Part shown: in pieces, positions 13,851 through 28,574 of the stretch
Layout: each line of letters opens with the position of its first letter
How positions within the stretch are numbered: position 1 is the stretch's first letter
Assembly: GCA_964016885.1 (NCBI GenBank)
Contig: OZ024743.1
Coordinates: 298,468,001-298,532,000, forward strand
Direction: 5' to 3'
Source: Eledone cirrhosa
Lineage: Eukaryota
Length of the DNA: 64,000 nucleotides
Notes under the pieces: generated by a model
Databases searched by the model: none
What the model saw: the letters and a program-made list of their open reading frames with translations, nothing else
Told to the model about the DNA's origin: nothing
Program-made: the position numbers and the translations under genes

Positions 13851-13899
13851 GATTCTACAGGACTAGAACTGTTTCATTCTTTAGAAATCATCAGGAATC
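13851..13899 (-). ncRNA. Type I hammerhead ribozyme
   Basis: Reverse complement reads gattc-CTGATGA-tttctaaagaat-GAAAcag-ttctagtc-ctGTA-gaatc; an imperfect inverted copy lies at 13896-13944. Confidence 0.75.
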
Positions 13900-14030
13900 C
13901 CTGATGATTTCTAAAGAATGAAACACTTCTAGTCCTGTAGAATCTCATCTATATTAAAAGTTTTATACTCTGCTATGTATTGAGTACCTTACTTACTGTG
14001 GTTACCTCCGATTCAACCCGGAATAACTTA

Positions 14031-14116
<86 letters not shown>

Positions 14117-14514
14117 ACATATGTGTATATATATATATATGTGCGCGAAAAGTAAACAGAAACAACAAAGTAGACAAGACAGTACAATGAAGAAATATAT
14201 TAGTTTAATGCTTGATATTGTGTTTCGGGCGTTAATCTTTTATAAGATAGAATGAGAAACAATAGATAAAATAAAAAGATAGAGAGTGAGATGAAGAAGG
14301 AACCAAAACATTTTTGGGAGAAAAAGCCATTTTTGGGGAAATGCTGGTCAATGGGTATCTTAGTTGTTAGAGAGGTTTTTAAAGGGAGATAATCATTGTA
14401 TATTTTGAGTGGACATATGCATCTGAGTGCTACCATGCGTCTATGTGTGTGTGTTGTTCATTTGTTTGTGCAAAGGTCTGAAGGATGGGTGTTGGAGCAT
14501 AACCGAGCTATATA

Positions 14515-16703
14515 TATATACATTAGGTTATGCATGAGATGCTTAGGATAATCTTGAATGCAGTAATGGTTAATTACTACACTAGATAGAGTCGACGTAC
14601 GGTGAGAGGTTACTCAACGAGTTACAAAAGAACACTTAAAGAAACTTGGTTTCAGATTCTTCTACATTCCGGAATGTAGATAAAGAATGATTAATAAAAC
14701 AGGTAGACATCATAAAAAGGTAATTTATTCAAGCGTTTACAAATGTTTCTTTAGTAGTTACACAGCCTAGTCATGCTATATGCAAATTAGTAGTTATTAA
14801 GTTGCAGATACTCAATTTTCAAATGCTGCTCGTACCACCAAATCTTCAGAACGAATGGTTGAATCCTGGTTTCTTTATATTTCTTAAAGGGAGTAATTGG
14901 GGAAGATAGAGTAGAAAAGGAAGAGAGAAAGAAAGGGAGAGGGAGAGATAGATATGTAGGGGTAGGAAAAATGGGAGAGAGAGGTTTGAAGAATACAGAT
15001 AGCTTGATCTAAATGCTGTGACAGGGGTCCAACAAGTGGTTTTATTATACTGCTTACTCTCAAAGTGACAACTTAGGCATTGTGTAGATATTATCAAGTT
15101 TGGAATTATTTATTGCCACAGAGAGCAGGTTGATAGATATAGAGAAGTAGGGAGATAGACGGAGAGCGAGAGAGAGAGAGAGAGAGACAGAAAGAGAGAG
15201 AGAGAGAGAAAGAGAAGGGGGGGGGGCTAAACAAAATTAAGAGAAAGGGAAGGAAAGGCGATATACACCGAGTTCATAGTGGTAGTTTGCTGATCGCACT
15301 TAAGTATCCATTTATTACGATAAGCAAGGTACTGGTTAGTAGTGTGTGTGTGTGTGGGGTGGGGGGGATATAGTTAGGAAGTAGGTAATGAGTTAAATTA
15401 GTTAGCGAGAAAGTGGTGTAGTAGTCTCGGGTTCAAATTATGTTAAGTTACTTTTATAGTGAGAAAATGTAGCCTTCAGTTTGTGGTTGCAGTATAACGA
15501 TCGTTCGATTCTGTCATTTAGTAAATTGTTTTTAGATTTCAAGATATAAAAAAGTTCAAGATTATATAATCTGCAGTATTTTAATCCACTCCGATATTCA
15601 CTAGCGCTGGATAATTTATCCCATTTTAGGGTGAACTGCCGGTTGTATTCACGGAGTTGCCAGGTCTTATTAGCGAGTGTAGTTACATAACGGTGTTCAA
15701 GATGTTTAATAGAAAATCGATGACGATACCAGCGTGATTTAAAGGAGGTAGTGGTAGACCCGACGTAATACCATTTCTGGTCGTTTGATTCGGCAGTGCA
15801 TTGATAAACAATGTTAGACTCCAGGCATTTATTCTTCAATGGGAATCTCTCGGGTAGGTGGCAATTACAGCTTTTGTTATGGGTAACAGCTGTACCATGG
15901 ATAGGTTGGGATAACAGTACAGGTGGGTTGTGTAATACTTGTTTCCCATTTGGTGGTTGGGAAGTTGATATTATGCCCACCTGTGTCTAAAATATTTTGT
16001 TTTGTAGTGTTGTTTAATAATCGCTTTAAGTTAAGTTTTTTTTTATGTGTGCTTCTAGGTTTGGTGCAGTAGAGTATGATAGCTTAATAGTCTTAGAGTT
16101 TAGAATTTTACTGTATTTATGGGAATTAGGGAAATGCTTGTTAATTAACTTAAAGAATAAAAGAGATAGTTTTGTACCACTCGAAGCATTAAAAATGGGA
16201 TTATACCAGACATACTTCCTGCAACGTAATTTATTTTAGTTCGGTGATGATTTTCTATTATTAGTATGTTTGGTGGTACTGCGTGTGTGTGTTTTTATGC
16301 CTGTGCCTGCTCCGGTTACATATTCTTCGATTATGTGTGTTGTTATGTGTGCTCTGGTGATTCTTATCAATGTATTCTATTTTATCCCGGTGGTCAGCAT
16401 TCGCCAGTGCGTTATTATAGTATTCTGCATGTTCGCTGAAAATCTGAGAGTTGGACGATAGGCGAGAGATTCTAAGAGAAATACTACGAGGAACCGATTT
16501 AATCATGGAAAGTGAGTGATTCGAGTTGTAATTAATATAGGTAAGGTTCTCGTTTATCTTGTGGAAGGGTCGTATCAATCCTGTGTTCAAATTAAGAGTT
16601 ACGTCTAGAAAATTCGCTTCTTTAAGATTGTATTCATACGTTATTTTCAGACCCAGTTCGCTAAAAGATTTCTTAATGTTTTGCGTAGCCTTTCTATATT
16701 CTG

Positions 16704-16708
<5 letters not shown>
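14515..16708 (-). mobile_element. Penelope-like element (Naiad-like), 5'-truncated: RT C-terminus plus GIY-YIG endonuclease and presumed 3'UTR
   Basis: ANFLDVTLNL..PFHK..YINYNSNH; WYNPIF..KHFP..KLSYS..PN; CNC..PL..CLESNIVYQ..YVGST..FKSRW..H..KW..CRL..E..LLN..CNH. Frame is broken; the 3' boundary is approximate. Confidence 0.85.
15438..15980 (-). pseudogene. GIY-YIG endonuclease domain of the Penelope-like element
   Basis: NIVY..YVG motif with conserved R, H, E and N, preceded by a CxC..C cluster. Confidence 0.85.
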
Positions 16709-16741
<33 letters not shown>

Positions 16742-16822
16742 TTTATCCCGGGTTCAATCAGGGGCAACCACAGTAAGTAAGGTATTCAATAAAAGCAGAG
16801 TATAAATATTTAATATAGAAAA

Positions 16823-16873
16823 GGCTTCTACAGGACTAGAACTGTTTCATTCGGGAGAAATTATCAGGAAGCC
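16823..16873 (-). ncRNA. Hammerhead ribozyme of the 13851 family with a G8A change, probably inactive
   Basis: Reverse complement reads ggcttc-CTGATAA-tttctcccgaat-GAAAcag-ttctagtc-ctGTA-gaagcc; stem I covaries relative to the 13851 copy. Confidence 0.65.
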
Positions 16874-16887
16874 CCGATGGTTTATAT

Positions 16888-16928
<41 letters not shown>

Positions 16929-17455
16929 TGTATTTATATACACTGCTTATATATAAACATATAATCTCTGCCAATACTCAGTGTTGCGTCTTTCACGTTT
17001 ACGGGAATACAAGCGATAGACCGTGATCTCCGCGTTAAAGTAATTAATTATAGTATACGTATGTAATTGTGTACGTCCTCCTATTGTTTGGGAACGTGTA
17101 TTCTCCCCCCCCCCTATCTCTCTCTCTATATATATATGTTGAAGTATAATTTATAGATACAATGAAATTAGAATAATATAAAAATATTAGACGCATAAAC
17201 AGTAGCAATGAAATTGTAATATTTTTATGGCAGACCAATTGTCTGTATCTGTGCTACAAATGTTTTTTAAACAGGAATACCTTGCTACTATATTCATACA
17301 AATTTTTGATAAACATAATTAAAAACTTCTGAATAGTATTTGGTAATTCATCATATTTATTTGTTTTTCTTTGAAACATTCAAGATACCAATGATAATTA
17401 TAATTGTATATCATTATATATATATATATAAACACACACACATACACACACGTAC

Positions 17456-17498
<43 letters not shown>

Positions 17499-17630
17499 GT
17501 ATGTATATATATTAAGTATGTCTATATATATGTATATATATATATCCATATATATATCCATATATATATACATATATGTATGTATATATATATATGTATG
17601 TATATATATGTATATACATATGTATGTATG

Positions 17631-17675
<45 letters not shown>

Positions 17676-17694
17676 GTATTTATATGTATTAGAC

Positions 17695-17905
17695 GGCGTG
17701 TGGCTGAGTGGTTAGAGAATTGGGTTCGCAATCGTAAGGTTGTGAGTTCGATTCCTGGACTAGGCGATGCGTTATGTCCTTGAGCAAGACACTTTATTTC
17801 ACGTTGCTCCTTCTACCTGGAGTTGCGACCGATAGATAGTATTAGCAATTGGAAAGACCAACGGAAACATTGTTCCCTCGGTCCGATTTGACGAAAGTCG
17901 ATCGT
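17695..17905 (+). mobile_element. tRNA-derived SINE, second family (V-type core)
   Basis: A box tggctgagtgg, B box gttcgattcc, and tgtccttgagcaagacactt core. Confidence 0.8.
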
Positions 17906-17959
17906 CTAAGATATGTATGTATTTATATATATGTATCCATTTATATATATGTATGTATC

Positions 17960-17990
<31 letters not shown>

Positions 17991-18037
17991 CTATATATCT
18001 ATTTATCTCTATATATATATACATATATATGAATACT

Positions 18038-18071
<34 letters not shown>

Positions 18072-18075
<4 letters not shown>

Positions 18076-18275
18076 AACGAGTAGGACCCCGACGGCTGAG
18101 CTCAAGCCGTTTCGACTGCTAATTCTGGACTATTTTAGTCCAGAATTAGCCGTCGAAACGGTTTGAGCTCAGCCGTCGGGGTCCTACTCGTTCCTATTAT
18201 CCACTCTACTACCCTAAGTATTGAGTACTTTGGTGCGTTATGGTCCACCTGGTTCCTTACCACATTTCCTTCGTT
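18072..18275. mobile_element. TA-embedded fold-back carrying the 3' half of a hammerhead (26250 family)
   Basis: 18072-18132 is inverted at 18136-18196; contains GAAACGG..gagctc..CCGTC-ggggtc. Confidence 0.75.
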
Positions 18276-18302
18276 ATATATATATATATATATATAAAAG
18301 GA

Positions 18303-18516
18303 ACGATCGACTTTCGTCAAATCGGACCGAGGGAACAATGTTTCCGTTGGTCTTTCCAATTGCTAATACTATCTATCGGTCGCAACTCCAGGTAGAAGGA
18401 GCAACGTGAAATAAAGTGTCTTGCTCAAGGACATAACGCATCACCTGGTCCAGGAATCGAACTCACAACCTTACGATTGCGAATCCAATTCTCTAACCAC
18501 TCAGCCACACGCCTTC
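18303..18516 (-). mobile_element. tRNA-derived SINE, second family (inverted near-identical copy of 17695-17905)
   Basis: Reverse-complement match; older relatives at ~20270-20410, 29010-29155 and 38030-38140. Confidence 0.8.
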
Positions 18517-19147
18517 ACATATATATATATATGTATGTATATATATGTATATGTATGTATATATGTATGTATATATATGTATATATGTAATGTAACCATA
18601 CACATGTATATATATATGAATACATACACATAAATATCATATATATTTATGCACCTTTATATATATTTGTATATATAATTATGTATATATCAATGAATAT
18701 ACATATATGTGTATATAAAGTATACATAGTTTTGTGTATATATATATATATATGTGTGTGTGTGTGCATGTATGCAATTCTTTACGCATATATGAATGTG
18801 TATGTAAATATGTCGTAAGAAATTTAATCAATTCTATCGCTGGTGTATACAGATGCAGAAACACACATGCACACATACACACAGACACATACACACACAC
18901 ATACACATACACACGCATATACACATTCACGTATAAACTTGTATGTATATATTGCGTGTGTTTTTATGATAAGAAGTTTACTCGTGTTTACTATTGATAG
19001 CGTAATCGATTGTCAAAACAAACTGGAGGCCTGCACCGTTATTGAAAGTCGGCCATGTATAGGTATGGAATTATTATGATAATGACTGAGACATGGAACA
19101 GCTGTTTATTGAGGCAGCCACCGCTTAGATGGAAATACTTTAGAAGT

Positions 19148-19186
19148 ATAATAATGACATCAATAATGATGATGATAATAATAATG

Positions 19187-19247
<61 letters not shown>

Positions 19248-19340
19248 CAACACCAACAATAATAATAAGTACAATAAGAAAAATAGTAGTAGTAGTAGTA
19301 GTAGTAGTGGTAGTAGTAGTTATATAATAAAAATAATAAT
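19148..19340. repeat. (ATA)n/(GTA)n microsatellites; (GAA)n follows at 19438-19524
   Basis: Direct reading. Confidence 0.95.
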
Positions 19341-20746
19341 ATGTTCGTAAAGAAAGAAACAGATTTGGAATCTAGAATGATTAGTTGATGAAGAATATGA
19401 ATACCAATTTATATGTTAGGAGATTGATTATATGGAAGGAGAAGAAGAAGAAGAAGAAGAAGAAGAAGAAGAAGAAGAAGAAGAAGAAGAAGAAGAAGAA
19501 GAAGAAGAAGAAGAAGAAGAAGAAATAGTTCGTTCTTTATAGAACAGATGGATGATCAAAAGCCCTGATCATCCCGAATTTTTCAGTTTTTCCTACCAGT
19601 TACTATCGATACATATTATATGTAAAGCGAGATGATATATTTGTTTATATCATATGACTATGCATCACACAGCGATCGTTAAATTGTTCTTCAAGATAAG
19701 ATATTTAATTCTATGCCTGCTGTAAAGAACCGTTAGTTAATTATACATATTTTTTGTTCGTATTTCTACTTTGCCGAAAACTGTGTTTGAGGAATATGTG
19801 CCTCATTTCTGTAATGTAAAGCCTGAGAATTCTCCTCCAGGACTTCTTTAATTTTAGATGAATTTCGTGGGATAAAAACCAAACGTTGTTTATCTGATAG
19901 AATATGAAGAATTTATTGCAAATGAAAGGCGTCAATCGTTTTTTTAAAATACTTGCTGATATTATCACTGTTATTATTTCGGCAGAATATACAGAATACT
20001 AAAACTGGAAAACTACAGATAAGATTTGTTTAGATATTGCTATTTTTATTGACTTGCTCTGAAACTTCCCTCTCCCGCAAACACCGGTGAAGGTTGAAAG
20101 ATGTAATTATTTTTGTTGTTGTTTAGTCACATGTTAGCCATGATACAGTAAATCTGTGATGAAAGGTATTCCAGTCGTAACTGCTCTGTCTTTTATTCAG
20201 TCATAATGTATTCAATATGTCTAAAAGTCTCTAAAGTAGGTTCCGGAGGCCGGTGCTCATCCTAGTTTCTGTGGTGGAAAGCGACTGAGACTACAAGCAT
20301 TTCTCCAGGAAATATTCGGCTGAGTATACTGGAGCAGCGTGAAACGAAGTATTTTGCTCAAGAACTCAACATTATGATCATAAGTCCTACACCTTTACCA
20401 CTAGGCCTTGACCCCCCCCCACCCGCCCTTCAGTCAATATGTGCTTCCTTTAAAAAGAGCGTAAGATGTGATTTGAAGGACACTCGGTTGTTATTTGTTA
20501 CAAATTGAAGAAAAATACAGAAATGAAAAACAAAATTCACTTTTTTCTGAAGCCACTTCAGAATATACACAAGATCTCAACTTTTTATGTTTATAGCATA
20601 AGATGTTCCCGCACCACCAACATGATTCAACATCAAAGATGGATGAGCTGCATAACATCGAGTGCTTTCATAATATTACATCATGATTTACTTCAAGAGA
20701 AGACCAATTCTACCCAGTGGTGAACCACGAAACTTAATCGTATATA

Positions 20747-21948
20747 TCTCTCTCTATATAAAATTCTTTGTCTCTCTGTCTGTGTCTCTTTTCCTTATGC
20801 ATTCTCAAATGGCTCGACGAAATCAAATCTAATTTTACTAGATAATAGTATAGGATTGGCAACATGTAATTTTATTTTTATTTGGATTAAAACAATATAA
20901 CATTTTATCTAAATATTCTACTATAGTCAACTATAATAAACGGACATTTTATAATACTACTACTACTACGACAACAAGGACGTCACATTTTGTATATTAG
21001 TGTGTATGTGTTTGTGCGTGTGCGTGTGTTTACGTGTTCGTTACGTAGTTAGGCCTCAGTAGGTTACATACACATACACCTTCATGTAAATATTTAATCA
21101 GATACACAGAGAATTCAACACACATCTAGACATGTAATGACGGACAAGTATATGCATGTGAGTGTATGTGAAAGTGTATGTGTGTGAGTATACATATATT
21201 TCTGTGACGACTGACATAACGAAAGCTGAGGGTGAAACTGTGTGTTTGTATGAATGTATGTCTGTGTGAGTTTTTTTATGAATTTGTGTGAGTGTATGTG
21301 TGTCTGTTCGTGGGTGAAACTCTGTGCGTGTTTTTTATAAGTGTATGTTCATCTGTTCGTTTATATATATATATTCTGATACCGTTAAATTAGCAGTTAA
21401 TACATTTGCTTATATTTGGTTAATTTACAGTGAATACAAAAATAATAATTAATAAATTAATATATATTTCTTTTGGATGTTGATACTTATTTGTTTACAA
21501 TATTGAAAACTTTTTTTTATTCTAAAATTTCCCCTCATACCTACAGCTGTTCCATTTGAATTTAAGAGGCTACAGTTTCCAGTCAAACTAAGTTTTGTTA
21601 TTTCATTTAAGAAATCTCAGAGTCAATCCCTCAAGGTAGTTGGACTTGATATCTCTACTACATGTTTCTCCCACGGTCAACTCTATGTTGGTTGCTCACG
21701 AGTTGGAAGCAGCAACAACTTATTCATTTGGACGCCAACAAAAAATTACATAATGAATATTGTTTACCCTGAGGTGCTTCAATATTGACAGATTTTCATT
21801 TCTAAATTCTATTATCATTACAATATTTTAAAAAATAAAATATAGATATTTTGAAATAATTATGAGAAAAAATATATCTTCATATTTATTGTTTACTAAT
21901 CTGAATAAGAACAACAGTAACCCGGGCAACGCCGGGTCATTCAGCTAG
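20747..21948 (+). mobile_element. Non-autonomous Helitron with PIF1-helicase C-terminal remnant
   Basis: 5' TC..tatataaa start; 21530-21790 encodes PFEFKRLQFPVKLSF..KSQSQSL..FSHGQLYVGCSRV..NIVYPEVL; 3' hairpin cccgggcaacgccggg followed by CTAG at 21945-21948. Confidence 0.85.
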
Positions 21949-22029
21949 TATGTACACGCCCCCCCCCACACACATACACATATATATTTATTTATATTCG
22001 TACGATGATATATGAGAGGTCTTGGATCG

Positions 22030-23045
<1,016 letters not shown>

Positions 23046-23062
23046 CTACACATATATATATA

Positions 23063-23122
<60 letters not shown>

Positions 23123-23697
23123 TATATATATATATACATAGCGGAGGTCAGACGTGTTTTTTTCTCGTCCACACAGCCACGGACTTAAGTTCAGTAGTTG
23201 ATGTTGACTTGAATTTTTTTCTCTCTCTTCGAGTTGCTCACACACATGTGCTTCGGCTTTCCCTCTTCGGTTTGTTGCTTCCCGTTTTTCTCGCTGTGTT
23301 TTTCCGTTTTCTTCCCTTTTCCCTTCTGTTATATATTTTTTTCTCTCTCTCCCAATTTTCCCCAATAACTTCCTTTAGTAATTGACGCACTGGGGTTAGA
23401 TATCTTGTCTTTAATACGTAGAAATATCCATGATCCCAGCAGACAACTGATGAAGGAAAGTTTTCTCCCGTTCGTGCTTTCCTCTTATTTATCAGTACAC
23501 CTTATCCAACAACTACACAGCCCCTGTTTCTTCTTCTTCTTCTTATATATATTATTCAAAATATTAATACATGGAGACATTCACGTAATCAAATTATATG
23601 TTTTATTATATGAGTGCTTTTAATCTACTGTAAAACTATATTCATTGAATAATCATTGAACCTTGTTTAACATTTGGTTATATATATATATATATAT

Positions 23698-24825
23698 ACT
23701 AGCAGAGGGTATTAAATAGCAGTTATGTATACCATTTATGTCAATACTTCAGTGCTGCTTCGAAAACTATACTTTTACAAAAACATCGGCTTTTTCCAAA
23801 AGGGGGTTCCTACCCCCAGGGGTCCCCTACTCAATATATGCCAATTCTGAGAGTTCATATTCATCTGTAGAACAAACGTAGCCCATGTGTCAAGTTTTTT
23901 GAAAATCGGTTGCGAACTCCAGAAGTTATGACGTTTTGTTGCATTGCACTGCAGTGCTTCAGTCGACTCCAAGGAAGTAGATAAAGGGGGTTATCTGCTG
24001 GGAGGCCCTATAATCAATATCTGGAAAAATGAAAGTGCCCATGACCATCCGGAGTACATAAGTAACCTATGTCTTAAGTTTGGTGAAAATACGAAAATAC
24101 TGTAGAAATGCATAAGGTTAACACACGAACGCGCGCGCGCACGTGTGTGTGTGTGTGTGTGTATTTGTGTGTGCGTATGTATATGTATGTGCACGTATGT
24201 TCGTCGGCGCATACGTATGTACTGGCCTAAATCTTCACTATTTATTTTTACTATGTTAAGGCAAAGTTAAAATCCCGTCGAGGTTAACTTTGCCCTTCAT
24301 CCTCACGGGGTTGATAAAATAAAGTAGAAGTAATGTAATGGGTATTTTCTGGCCTTGTGCCAAAGTAGAAACAACTATTTTAATAACCTGTCATTTTCGT
24401 TTACAACTTTATTTACATCATTCTTAAACTCCGGGGCTGGAAATCATTCGGTTATTTTAAATAGAATATTAGTCTAACGACTCCATTTACACCATAAACT
24501 TGGTCTTGTCTTTGCATGAAATTGTTCTTTTCGGTCCACCGCGTCGTTTATAAGTAACATAAATAGATAAGCAAATGACGCCATAAAAGGGAAATAACTC
24601 GTCTCTCATCTCTATTTATACATTTGAACTGAAAATCAATACATTACAAATTCGATTTTTGCACTTGGCGTGGGTCGATTTGAAAAATATTTTGACCGAT
24701 GTCTCCGCCGGACCTTCATCTATAAGTGTAGCAATTTTACCGAAATTTGAACGTACGGTTTAAGAGGAGATGTGTGCCGACCGTTTCAGTAGACAGACAG
24801 ACAGACAGACAGACAGACAACCTCA

Positions 24826-24835
<10 letters not shown>
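23698..24835 (-). mobile_element. Probable non-autonomous Helitron with a nested SINE at ~24266-24378
   Basis: CTAG at the left end; the right end reverse complement reads tatataaaactgaggttgtctgtctgtc, similar to the 5' end of the 20747 Helitron. No 3' hairpin is seen. Confidence 0.45.
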
Positions 24836-24886
<51 letters not shown>

Positions 24887-25164
24887 ACCAAGAAATTATA
24901 CATACATCTTTGCCGAGGCCGCGTGGTGGACGAGAACACACGTTGTGTATTTGAACTGCTAAATGATCAAAATACCTCTCGACGTACACACACACACACA
25001 ACACATACACACATACACACACACATATATATATATATATACATACATATATATGTGCGTGTATGTGTGCATGTATACACACACATGTATGTAAATATAC
25101 AAGTTCATATATTCATATAGACATACATACACACACACATATATATAGACATACATGCACACAC

Positions 25165-25234
<70 letters not shown>

Positions 25235-25674
25235 TATGTGTGTGTGTGTGTGTGTAGGAAAGCAATCTCAAACAAAATATACCAAAAACATATAGGAAAA
25301 TACAAAAAGAAACATATATCTAATACATTTTGGTGATCTCACATTTTACAATGGAGTAACCGATTCCATAAACGATTAAACAGAGTTTACACATCCGAAA
25401 GTACAATTTATACTTTCGTTTCACACCAATAATTATGTCTTTCTATATTTTCCGCTTTTTATTGTCTACTTTTACTTACTTCTTCCGAAATTTTCTTTTT
25501 TCCCCGCTCTGTTGGATATTTGCATATATATGTATGTATACGTGTGAATGTGTGTATGTGTGTATGTCTGAGTATGTATGTATGTATGTATGTATGTATG
25601 TATGTATGTATGTATGTATGTATGTATGTATATATATATATATACATACATGTGTATATATTGAGGTCTGGAGA

Positions 25675-25730
<56 letters not shown>

Positions 25731-25798
25731 TATATATAAATATATATATAAATATATATATAAATATACATACATAAATATATATGCATACATAAATA

Positions 25799-26359
25799 TA
25801 TATTTTGTTACCACTCTCAGAGGAGCTAGCTCGCTTATACGTTCAAACCATATCTCATTGACTGAGTAATTGTGATCAAACGAGATTGTAGCGAATATTT
25901 CCTATAACTTCGCTACTTAGACTATATATATATATTATATTCTTTTTTATTATATTTTTTCATTGTCCCCTAATCCCATTTGATTTACCTTTCTATAACG
26001 TCCCTCCTCCATTTTTCTAAAGAAACCTTTTTTCGACTACCTCCTCTGGCCTACTTTTATACACATTTCTTAGAATTTGCCGTGTAGATTTCACCTTCTA
26101 CGCTTGACCAGCTCTACCCACAACCCTATCGTTCTACAGACAAGTTCAGCCACCCCACCCCGCACCCACTGCCATGATAGACTTTTCTGTGTCTGCTACA
26201 AATTTTGACCAATCCTCTTGACAACTACAACCTCCCCATATAAGGAAGTACCCCTTGAAAAGTTCGGCTATTTATTTACCAGACAAAAAAAAACTCTTAC
26301 TTTAGTCCAGAAATAGCCGTCGAAACGGCTTGAGCTCTGCCGTCGGGGTCATACTTTCT

Positions 26360-26425
<66 letters not shown>

Positions 26426-26546
26426 AAGTAGCGAAGTTATAGGAAATATTCGCTACAATCTCGTTTGATCACAACTACTCACTCAATGAGATATGGTTTG
26501 AACGTATAAGCGAGCTAGCTCCTCTGATAGTGGTAACAAAATATAT
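25799..26546. repeat. ~125-bp inverted repeats (25799-25925 and 26418-26546) with inner TA tracts, enclosing a hammerhead-bearing insert
   Basis: Direct reverse-complement match. Confidence 0.85.
26250..26349 (+). ncRNA. Type I hammerhead candidate with U3-A8 core and long stem II
   Basis: acccc-TTGAAAA-g..cggctattt..aaatagccgtc-GAAACGGC-ttgagctct-GCCGTC-ggggt. Confidence 0.65.
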
Positions 26547-27380
26547 ATTTGTAATGGAGCGGCCGCACTTAGTTTTGTCCCGGTCTCCAGGGTTTTTGCA
26601 AGTATAGATTGCAGCGACAAATGCAATTTGCAATTTGCGATCACAGCGGCAATATAGCTTCATCTATGTATGTCATTTCTGTATTGCTCCAACCCGTTAA
26701 AAAAAAAAAAAAAATCAGAATTGCAAAGGAATACGGAGACAATAGAATAATGAAAATACCATTTACTCATATTTCCGGGTGTTGTGTGAAGTGAGTGAAT
26801 ATATATATATATATAAAGAAAAAAAGATGAAATCGAAAATGCAACTGGAGTCTTATTTTTTTTTCTTTATACTTTCACTCGTGTAGGACACCTCGGTTAT
26901 TTTTTATTTTGTAAAAAAAACCTCACTTTCTAATATATATATATAAAATTATAAGAAACGAAAGGAGCTGTGTGGTTACTGTAAACAAAGTTTAAGATAG
27001 TGGTATGGAGGAATGCTCGATCTGACACTGCTACGCAGAATATAAACTCAACCGAATAGATAGAGAGCTTCTGAAAAACATATCTCACTAAACAATTTAA
27101 AATCCAGTCCTAAATACACGACTTAATGATAATTAATTGATAAAAGACTGAGATGACGTCATGTACAACACACCTACACCACATGCAACAGAAATAACCT
27201 CAGCTTCATGAAACTAAACAAAGAAACAACAAGGAAAATAAGCTAAAGAAAAACAGAAGAGAAATCTGGTAAATATTTGTGTCCAACAAGTAATTAGCAG
27301 CATCAACAAACCTAACAATGATTCCATTATATCACACGTCACAATAACAACTTCATAACATATCTCCATCTACAAGAAAA

Positions 27381-27560
27381 TAATTGTTTCTACTTTTGGC
27401 ACAAGGCCAGCAATTATCCCAGTGCATTACTGGTACTTTATTTTATCGACCCCGTAAGGATGAACGGTAAAGTTAACCTCGGCGGGATTTGAACTCAGAA
27501 TGGCAAGGGCCGTAACTCTATGCGTTAAAGCATAGCATCCGACCCTCTACCGATACTGCC
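27381..27560 (-). mobile_element. tRNA-derived SINE, Meta-type core
   Basis: Same family as 8711-8897. Confidence 0.8.
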
Positions 27561-27883
27561 ATCTCACACCCTGAAAATAATGACTTTATTAAACAGTAAA
27601 ATAAATGATGACGTGGCCACTCTCTCAGCTAGAGTTAGTAGTCAAATCTTCCTCAAATACTTAAAAAGGATTAATTGGATAATGTGTCCTGGGGTTAAGA
27701 AACAACATGAAAAAGAAAATATAGGAATCCAAGAAAGGGGTTTTGATGTAGTAGCTCGCCCTTCTAGAAATAGCAGCCGAATGTTCTTAAATTACACGAA
27801 ACCATCGAAGTTCTGGATGTCATTAAAAAGACAGGATATACACGACTGGCATGCCTTTGTTTATAGGTCTGCTTGATCTAGTT

Positions 27884-28574
27884 CAGGGTTTCTCAACCTT
27901 TATCCAGCCAACGCTCCCTTTGGGCGCAAACCTTTTCGTCGACCCCTCCCCTGTCAAATTAAATTTCAAATAAAGTACTAAATTCATCTTACATCAAATG
28001 GGCACAAAACCTAAAACCTAAAACAAAGGTATGTGTATGTGTGTGTATGAGTGCGTGTGTGTGTGTGCGTGCGTGTGCGTGTGTGGTTGGGCCAGGGGTT
28101 AATTTAAGTTCAATCGCAGAAAGGAATTCAAAACGGCAACACACTCACATACACGCAATCATATACATACAGACATGCCCACACATACAAACACATACAC
28201 ATCAGCCACTCCCAAAAGCCAGTTTCATCCAAAATTCTGACCACTATTCTTTATATATTTGCACACAAATACATATTCAGCTTTTCACTTTTATTCATTG
28301 TTTTTTTTTATTTTAGTCGTCTGTCACCATTCATCTGTTTTTTGTTTTTGTTTTTGTGGTTTCACTTTAGCGACACATGGTACCAGGAATTCGCTTGGTG
28401 TCGCTAGAGTGGAAAAAGAGTTTTTTTAAATTTTTGTGAATTTGAAAGAAAAAGATTTGAAAGAACCCACCTGAATATATTCACTGCCCCCAAATGAAAT
28501 AAAAACTCCCACCGCCCCCTTTCAACACACCAGCGCCCACAAGGGGGCGATAGAGCGCACGTTGGCAAACACTG
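27884..28574. mobile_element. hAT (Charlie-type) non-autonomous DNA transposon
   Basis: Imperfect TIRs cagggtttctcaac / gttggcaaacactg; 8-bp flanks atctagtt and aactagat resemble the NTCTAGAN target. Confidence 0.65.

Noticed and set aside
14800-14855. CTGAAGA..GAAA on the minus strand in the PLE 3' region
   Set aside because: Stems I-III do not pair convincingly
17695-17770. tRNA-like sequence
   Set aside because: It is a SINE head with A/B boxes running into a SINE core; no complete cloverleaf
23445-23480. CTGATGA motif
   Set aside because: No properly placed stem II, GAAA and NUH
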